Shown here piece by piece: positions 53,602 through 64,000 of a stretch of 64,000 nt of DNA. Source of the DNA: Eledone cirrhosa (lineage: Eukaryota); contig OZ024743.1 in the NCBI GenBank assembly GCA_964016885.1, positions 291,772,001 to 291,836,000 of the forward strand, in the 5' to 3' direction. A program made the translations under genes and the position numbers. Numbering within the stretch: position 1 is the stretch's first letter; each line of letters starts with the position of its first letter. The notes below the pieces were generated by a model. The model was not told where the DNA came from. It saw nothing but the letters and a program-made list of their open reading frames with translations, and ran no database searches.

Positions 53602-53880
53602 GAAATTATAAGTTTGAACTATAGTCAGACAAAATGTAACCATTTTCTTCTCTCCTTAGTCCGTAGAAACCTACCAGATGCATAGTCATTTAAACGAAGC
53701 TAAGTTTAAAATGTAACTTTGAAGAAATGACAGATAGATGTTATCGATATTCCTCTATGAGGAACAGTCAGATAAATTTACCAAATAATAAATTAAATTG
53801 GAAGAAAAAGAATATAGATAACCATTGCCCAAAATATAAATAAACATCACGAAAAATAGTATATATATAATATATATATA

Positions 53881-54594
<714 letters not shown>

Positions 54595-54701
54595 TCGTTG
54601 ACAAGTATATTACTGTGCACAGACACACAGATATATTGCCCTGGGTATGACAGTGTTGTTTTTTAGCTCAATGTAGGATAACTAATATACTACAGAGGCG
54701 T

Positions 54702-56115
54702 TATACGTTTAGGAATAACCAAAGAGTTCTTAGAAATACATTGTTTTATTTGCTAAAAGTGTTTCATCCATACCCTTGGGCAGGAACCATCGGAACTTAT
54801 AAACAAAAATATATCAAAGGTTGCAGGCTCCATCGAGCTCTGTCCCAAGAACAAGGATAAAGGACAAGTAGGGGGGTCTCGAGGCCAGCGCTGTATAGAG
54901 TAACACACAATACATGATACATATAGTGTCATAAGAAATTACATCAAAAGCTTATCACATAAATGGTGCAATAGATCTTAAGGCAGTTGAGAGAGGAGAG
55001 CAATAAATGAATGATGGTGTTATTCAGCATGATCAAAACAAAAAAACATAGACACGTCCATTCACCAGCAGTGCAAACACAGGATTTACAGGCAGAGTAT
55101 GAACGCTTGTAAACAGTAGTCAGTAAAAAGAAAAGTTGGTTAGCTGTGGTGCAGCTTCACAGGCAGGATAGTTTATAGGAAAGATGGTACACTCCAGTGC
55201 TATCGCCTTGTACCAGGTTGATTTCTCCGTATCAGACCACCACCCTCCATCCATTGGTTCCGGTTCCAAGCGTTAGGCGATTTAATATTAAGTTTCCAAA
55301 CACACGCATGGAGGAATTCACGACAGAGGCAGTCTGCAATAAACATTTTAAATCTAAAATAAAGTACAATGAAGTGAGGTAAAGTAGAGTACATGCACTG
55401 CTGGCACTCCAATGAAGAAGGTGAAAATAAAACAGGTTCGCAATATCTGCTATCTCTTAAAGTCTTCATATTCGGTCACGAAACCCACCGTCCCTAGTGA
55501 AATACACTGTATGGCCGAGTCGGCATCGCACTAAAGTGCCATACGATATGTAAATATATCATAGTTAATGCTATTCGTATTGGTAGTCAGTGGCGTAGAC
55601 AGAAAGCGTAAATAGAAAAGCTCCGCTTATGGAATTACCTAGGGCGGAGTGAAGGAAAAGCAGTGATGGTTACGTTAATAAGCGAGCTTATTAAAATAAG
55701 TGTAAATTTCTGGTGTTTGCAAGTACTGCATAAGATATAGTAAACTCACGGCTAAAACTGCTCATGTCAACAATACTGTTTACATGTTCACCACGTGATC
55801 TTTGTGTTGATTACTAAGTCTGGAGGTTGAAATCATTTCACAGTCGGCTGTAATCCCTCCTGGGTCGGTTGGAAGTCAATATCAACTGTCGCACCTTGCT
55901 TTGAATGAGGTTCTATAATTTATAATAGTTGCAGCACGATTCATATTCCACTACTTGTCGTTTATCCTTGTTCTGGTGACAGAGCTCGATGGAGCCTGCA
56001 ACCTTTGATATATTTTTATTTATAAGCTCCGATGATTCCTTCCCTAGGGTATGGATGAAACACTGTTAGCAAATAAAACAATATATTTCTAAGCACTCTT
56101 TGGTTATTCCTAGAC

Positions 56116-56120
<5 letters not shown>
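54702..56120. mobile_element. Element with ~170-bp diverged inverted arms (54702-54870 and 55951-56120) carrying HHR-like motifs
   Basis: Reverse-complement similarity; GCT-CCGATGA-tTCC..GGAt-GAAACACTG-TT-AGC at 56026-56070; (TA)n on the right. Confidence 0.7.
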
Positions 56121-56164
<44 letters not shown>

Positions 56165-56734
56165 GTTATGTAGTAAATAACATAAGATAATTATTTCATT
56201 TACTAGTGGTTTCTTGAAGGCAGATGTTGTGTCTGTCTTCAGTCATGAGATTGAATATATAACATGGTGTTTTTATTAAATATGGATTTGAAAACAAAAT
56301 TAACGAAATATGAAAGTGAGGCTGAAAAATACGGGCGAAAAGAAAATAGGGGAAAACATATAAAAAAATAAATATTCAGAACATAAACATACACGCTCAA
56401 CTACGCGCATTTCATATATTTTAGATGTCACAGACATGTTGTAACAGAGTTGCGGCGACACTGGCAACCACTCGATATATTATACTAAAAGAAGAGAAAT
56501 AAATAAAGAAATATATAGAAATATATTTTTGAAATAAGACAATAGAACCGTGTGGAAATGGAAGCACCAATGGAAACATAAGTTGTAAATCTCCGAAGCC
56601 ATTTATGAAAGTATTGAAGAAGACATGGAAGAGGCTCCTATCAGAAGAAACCCTCACAGAATCATCAGTTTTCTTACCTGTTGTTCAAACCTGGCTGGAC
56701 ACAAAACACTGCACAAACATTCTAAACTAAATAA

Positions 56735-57520
<786 letters not shown>

Positions 57521-57533
57521 ATATATATATATA

Positions 57534-57700
57534 TGTTGATTTAAAACTGCACTATTCACAAGTGTTTTTTAACCTTCATATCATGTCTCCCTATTTTATC
57601 TGAAGAAAACGCAAATATCATCGCATGATGATATTTGTTTTTGAAATGCGCATAATAAAATACATGGAACGCTTTTAGCCATCTTTTGATCTTATATTAT
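57534..57700 (+). mobile_element. Solo family-E pLTR with HHR (57594-57660)
   Basis: Homologous to 48290-48455; between TA tracts. Confidence 0.8.
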
Positions 57701-57760
57701 ATATATATATATATCAAAATAAAGATCCTAAGGCATGGTATAAATCTCCAATCATTTTAA

Positions 57761-57834
57761 TCATGACACATGTTTCAATAAGAGATAGTTCGATCGTGTA
57801 GCCATGATCGATTATCACTGAATTCGTCAGGTGA
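57761..57834 (-). ncRNA. Type I HHR-like motif in a TA-bounded 260-bp fragment
   Basis: TCAc-CTGACGA-..-GAAACATGTG-TC-aTGA; GUC triplet, stems partly decayed. Confidence 0.6.
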
Positions 57835-57972
57835 AAATGAATTGTCTTCAAATCCTTGATATGAAGGAGAAAATTAACGATGTTCACTCACAGAATTTAG
57901 CCCCTCATAATATTGCTAAAAAAAATGTGTTGGACCGTAGGACACAACCAATAATACACCTTACTTTATAAC

Positions 57973-58021
<49 letters not shown>

Positions 58022-58147
58022 TCTATCTTTGCACTCGGCACTGAACAGAATTGCTTCCACATCATTCATTCTCGTCTCGGGAACAATTTTGAATAGCGCC
58101 AGTTCGTAATTTGAACTCGGGAATTTTATATTCTCCGAGTGAAAAGA

Positions 58148-58234
58148 ACCTTCTGACGAGAGTTTATCTTTTCAATGGAAGCCCGTAAGGACTGTCCATT
58201 TATATTTGCGACTCGAAACCGATTCGGTAAAGGT
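58148..58234 (+). ncRNA. Type I hammerhead ribozyme motif
   Basis: ACCTT-CTGACGA-GAGT..ACTC-GAAACCG att CGG-TA-AAGGT; all stems intact, GUA triplet. Confidence 0.85.
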
Positions 58235-58384
58235 AACCATATTAAGTAGAGTGAATTTTTTGAAATTTATTTTGAAACTTTTTCTTAATTGCTAAATCTT
58301 GATTATAACGAAGGAAATGTGGTAAGGAACCAGGTGGACCATAACGCACCAAAGTACTCAATACTTAGGGTAGTATAGTGGGTA

Positions 58385-58925
58385 ATAGGAACAAGTAAGA
58401 CCCCGACGGCTGAGCTCAAATCGTTTCGACGGCTAATTCTGGACTGAATGAAAATGTATTCTGGTATTTAAATAGCCGAGCTTATCAAGGGGTAATTCCA
58501 TATATGGTCAAAGAGATAATCACCAGGTTGGTCACCTCACAAGTTAGTAGTAAATCTGTGATGGCAAATTTAAGCGTTGGTAGTGCCGGCTACAGCTGTT
58601 TCGACTTCCTCTCCCTTCCCCTCCCCAGTATCCTCTTTGACCTCACACCCAGCTGTAGCCGGCACTACCAACGCTTGAATGGGTCTACTCCACCCTTCTC
58701 CCTTTTTCTCCTACAGGCAGGTTCAGCTGCCCCTTCCCCCACCAATTTGCCATCACAGATTTACTACTAACTTGTGAGGTGACCAATCCTGGTGATTATT
58801 TCTTTGACCATATATGGAATTACCCCTTGATATGCTCGGCTATTTAAATACCAGAATACATTTTCATTCAATCCAGAATTAGCCGTCGAAACGGCTTGAG
58901 CTCAGCCGTCGGGGTCTTACTTGTT

Positions 58926-58930
<5 letters not shown>
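58385..58930. mobile_element. Inverted pLTR-like pair (58385-58597 and 58650-58930) with variant HHRs at 58400-58493 (-) and 58822-58915 (+)
   Basis: Reverse-complement arms (right arm has ~65 extra nt); ACCCC-TTGATA(A/T)-..CGGCTA..TAGCCG..-GAAACGGCT..AGCCG-TC-GGGGT. Confidence 0.78.
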
Positions 58931-59018
<88 letters not shown>

Positions 59019-59105
59019 GTGTGTGTGTGGAGGGGGGGTATATATGTATATGCAAATATGCATATATATCCTTTTACACGACACTTTAACGACACTCTCA
59101 ATTCG

Positions 59106-59186
<81 letters not shown>

Positions 59187-59977
59187 CATATATATCAGGG
59201 GCGGTGGAAGCATTTCTAAATTGGGGAGGGGTTATTTGGTCAATTTATTTGTAGTGATTAGTTTAGCTGTTTCCACCCTCTCTATATACATCACTACCAA
59301 TCTTCCCCCATCTCAATGTCTATCAATATATTTCCCTATCAATACTCTCACTCTGTCCATTACCACCAAACTCAAACCCCTCTCGATAAAACTTACAACA
59401 TTCTCTCCCAATCCTTCTCTCTATAATCAATGTACACTAATCTCATATATCACACAGTGTGGACCATAGCCTGGAACATAGTAGGGTGGGTAGTATGAAA
59501 ATATTCAGAAACTCCCCTCCCTTGTGCGAATCTAGCTGTGGAAAAGGGCGGAGCTCAGCCTTCGGGGTTATGGATCTTTTCATATATATGTGTGTGTGTG
59601 TATTTGTGTGTGTGTGAATGTATGTGAGTGTGAATGTGTGTGTGTGTGTGCGCGTGTGTGTTTGGTGTGTATGTCTGTGTCTCTATGTCTCTGTGTGTGA
59701 GTGTCTCTAAGTGTGTGTTAAGTAAGAATTCATCGTTTAAATTTTACACTTCTGGGTCTTTACGTCTGGTAGGGGCGATGTAAGACATTAAACGGAAGTG
59801 TTAAATGTAAAACTCTCTCCTATTAATTATTATTGATACTCTTACAGATTCTGCATACATAATTTCTTAATGGATACCTCTGGCGTAGTCCGATTGTGCC
59901 TGATTACACCATAGCTGCTTGATTGCTTAAATTAGCAAACACAGAATATTGAACCGAAATATATATATACAACAACA

Positions 59978-60752
59978 TACATAGGTGAGACAGCTCGTAG
60001 CATAGGTGAAAGGATAGACCAACACTGGGAGGAACTAAAAGGACGAAAAAACGGGTCAGTACTATACGAACATGCCAGACAACAACATGACGGTAACATA
60101 GACAACATAGAAATTAGAATAATATCTAAACATAGAAATGACACAGCAGATAGGCAAATCAGAGGGGCCAGTTAAATAGAACTTAGAAGGCCAAGACTAA
60201 ACAGAAAGAATGAATGGAATAACAACACCCAAACAAACAACACTGACCTAAGAGAAGTATAAATAAGTAAATAAATAGATAAATAAATAAATAAATACAT
60301 ACACAAGCACAATAACATCAAACACATAAACACACACTAGTCACCCAATCACGAACACACATCAAACAAAACACTATACACACACGCAAACGCATGCGCA
60401 AAGAAGACAAAATAAAATAAACAAACAAGCAAATAAACAAATAAATATATAGACAGACTAAATAAAAATGGCGGAGACATACAATGCAACTGGAGGAAAC
60501 AATAGCACCACTGACGATTTTGCAGATGTGCAACGAAAGATGATAAACTATATATATGTGTTTGTGTCTATAATGTATCTGTATTATTTTTGACCGTCGG
60601 TCAGTCAATGGCAACATTGAGGACCGAGTAAATTAGATTGCCGATATAAAAGACATAGAAGCGAAAAGCGAAAACCAACCAAACAGTGACTGTGTTCTGT
60701 TATTAATTCTGGCAATATTACACAAATATGACCCTCCCCAAGTATAACAATA
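59978..60752 (+). mobile_element. 5'-truncated family-F-related PLE (GIY-YIG remnant 59978-60217 + pLTR)
   Basis: YIGETARSIGERIDQHWEEL..SVLYEHARQQH..RPRLNRKNEW; CTGACGA..TTGCA gatg TGCAA..GAAA at ~60511; same 3' end as 29894. Confidence 0.82.
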
Positions 60753-62011
60753 TATATATATATATATATATATATCCTTTTCTATTGTATATTTGCAACC
60801 TCTAATTTAACAGGTTCTTGTAATGACTATATTATTTCACATTTTATTTCTTTTATTCTTTTCATAGCTTGTCGGTGTTTGGGTCTTCATATCAATGATG
60901 GAGGTCGCTTCAATCTTCTCAAGAACATGAAGACCTGCCTAATGTTGGTAATTTACGTGACAAACTCACTCAGTACACGCTGTATAGTGGTTGTTGATAG
61001 GAAGTGCATCTGTTATATAAATATTGAAAAATAAAGAATTTGGAGGACCCTCAGTTGTGAAAAGACATGAAGCTTTACCTGGGCACTTGATGCAACGGGA
61101 GAACGTGCATAAGTGAGACACTTATCCCTGGCCTGCCAACGTAATCATTGACTTCGCTTTATCACTGACTAAAACTGTAGGTAAAATATTCAACACTTGC
61201 TAGCAGAGAAAACTGATTTTAAGACTGGGTTGATGATGATGTTGATCTTATTTCACAATTGTTATTTTTAGTAGTGTTTCCATAAATAATATAAAGAACC
61301 ATTTAATAATAGACTGACACACACATATACACATGGAACTATATACTAAGATATGCCATATATATAGACAATTGGATATCGGGCACTTGACTTGACTTTA
61401 ATCTGTATGGAGATTTTGTTGACAGGATCGAGCTGGAACGAAGCTTAGTTGCCTCTGCGTTCAGGCTTATATCTAGAAATCTTCATGAGTTTGGAAAAAT
61501 AACATGGATAGTCATGGCAACAGTGAGATGTCAACAGTGTCAACAGTGTCAATCCCAACTAGAAGCACGGATTACTCAGACTTACTTCCCTTAGCATGGT
61601 TTAAATACAAACACAGTACCCAGAAACGGGATGGTGATCGATTTTGGTCAAACCCACCACACATACACACATACCACATGCACATACATACATACGCACA
61701 CACACATGCATGCGCATACACACACACACACACGCACACACACACACACACACACACACTCTCAAAATGAATGGATCCGTTATTTTTATCTAAAGACGTT
61801 TTTTCCCAATTCCAGCCGACCCGTCCACTCAATCTATTTTATTTATCATTCTTATATCTGATGAAGGAGTACCGGCCGAAACTTTCAGACCCCCTTCTTG
61901 CTATATCAAGCGTTAACCTAATTTATACCTTTCATATATTGTACTGATTGTGTTGTTATTTCTGTTCAGCTTTTACATACACACACACATAAATATATAT
62001 ATATATATATA

Positions 62012-62302
62012 TTTCGTTTCTGAATTTGTTTAGCAAGATTCTTTATCTGAAAACGTGTGTTGAAACCGATATTGTTATACTTTGGGAGGGTCATGTTGCC
62101 AATAAGAAACACACGCACGAGTAGTTTCACTTCAATTTATTATAATAAATTTATAAATTTCCAGTTGGTTGGTTGGTTCCACAACCAGATGATTGTTTAT
62201 ATATTGTCAAAGTTCGTTCGTCACACATTCTGTGACCTCTTCAGTTACTGGGGATTCTTTTCTTTGTTTTTGTACCTCTCCTTTGTTCTGTTCTACGCCA
62301 TC
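62012..62302 (-). mobile_element. Solo family-F pLTR
   Basis: Close match to 27763-28082; abuts (TA)n. Confidence 0.8.
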
Positions 62303-62524
62303 TTGAAAAACAGGTAGAATTTCCAAAACTAATCACATTAGAGCAAACATCACGGACGCTCTATCTCAAAATTAATTTTGAAAAGCATGAGAAATGCGCA
62401 ACCGGTAAAACTTAAAACCAAAACTGAATACTAACCAATACAATTACTAATTCTCACTTATTCCTAATTAAACTATTTTTCACTGTGAACAATTTGTCAG
62501 CATTTTCTTTTCCGTTTACCAATA

Positions 62525-62555
<31 letters not shown>

Positions 62556-62665
62556 TAGTTGCCTCTGCGTTCAGACTTATATCTAGAAACTTCATGAGTT
62601 TTGAAAAATAACATGGATAGTCATGGCAACAGTGAGATGACAACAGTTTCAACAGTGTCAATCCC

Positions 62666-63145
<480 letters not shown>

Positions 63146-63146
63146 G

Positions 63147-63535
63147 GCACATGGCTTAGGGGGTTAGATCATTGGCCTTGAATCGAAAGGTTGTGAGTTC
63201 AATTCTCAGTCTGGGTGATGTGTTGTTTGCTTGAGCAAGACACTTTATTTCACATTGCTCCAGTTTACTCAGATGTAGAATTGAGATGATAGGGACTGGA
63301 CTTTCTATCATTCCACTGCAAAGTGGTCGTGGAGGTCCCACGGCAAAAGAGCACCCAGCCCACTCTGTAAAGTGGGAGTGTAGGCGCCACGGAAAAAAAA
63401 CACTTAGCACTCACTGTAAATGAGGTTGGTGTTAGGAAGGGCACCTAACTGTAGAAATCAAGCCAGAATCAGTTCCCGTCCCACCCTTGCAAGCAGGGAA
63501 AATCGGACGTAAAATGATGATGATAATGATGATCT
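63147..63535 (+). mobile_element. tRNA-derived CORE-like SINE (63147-63290) followed by an RTE-tail-type repeat ending in (ATG)n
   Basis: A box-like TGGCTTAGGGGGTTAG, B box GAGTTCAATTC, CTTGAGCAAGACACTT core; tail GGACGTAAAATGATGATG. A similar tail occurs at ~41690-41735. Confidence 0.65.
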
Positions 63536-64000
63536 ACATATATATATATATATATATACATGTTGTAATAACCCAGAAACATGTCGAATGTTCCTCAATG
63601 CTAGTTTTGGACAAACGGATGACTATTCGTCATCTGAAAGGCAAAGCTTTAATCGGGCAGTTTGTTTAAAAACGAATCGTATATTATTATTAATATTCGA
63701 TATAACCCATATGTACATACCTATATGTGTGTGTGTGTCTGTGTGTGTGTGTATGGTATATGTGTGTATGTATGCATACTTGTGTGTGTATGTGTATGTG
63801 TGTATGTGTGTATGTGTATGCATGTGTATGTGTGCATACTTACATTTATGTACCAGCTGTCCTACGGTGAGAAATAAAATTCTAGTTTTATCTCTCTCTC
63901 TCTCTCTATGTTCTCGATGTGTATCGGGAGGTTAGCCGTGTTACTAAAGGTACTCCATACGTTACTAGTTTACCGGCATATTGATTTTGTTTAGCATTTA

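Overview
AT-rich, repeat-saturated animal DNA, intergenic or intronic. The tRNA-SINE and RTE-tail repeats resemble those of octopod cephalopods, but that is an inference. No host protein-coding gene can be supported. The window holds two head-to-tail decayed Helitrons (1-5.9 kb), at least six families of Penelope-like retroelements (PLEs; RT plus C-terminal GIY-YIG) mostly inserted into (TA)n tracts and often as tail-out inverted duplications, RTE-LINE and mariner relics, and tRNA-derived SINEs. The most striking signal is RNA structure. By eye I find about 30 type-I hammerhead-ribozyme (HHR)-like motifs from more than ten sequence families. They include a non-coding 472/540-bp tandem array with one minimal HHR per unit (retrozyme-like, 22.3-23.7 kb), a 351-bp tandem mini-element derived by internal deletion from a PLE family present in the same window (56.8-57.5 kb), and family-fixed non-canonical cores (CAGAAGA, CCGAUGA, UUGAUAA). 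All alignments and folds were done by eye, so boundaries are approximate and ribozyme activity is untested.
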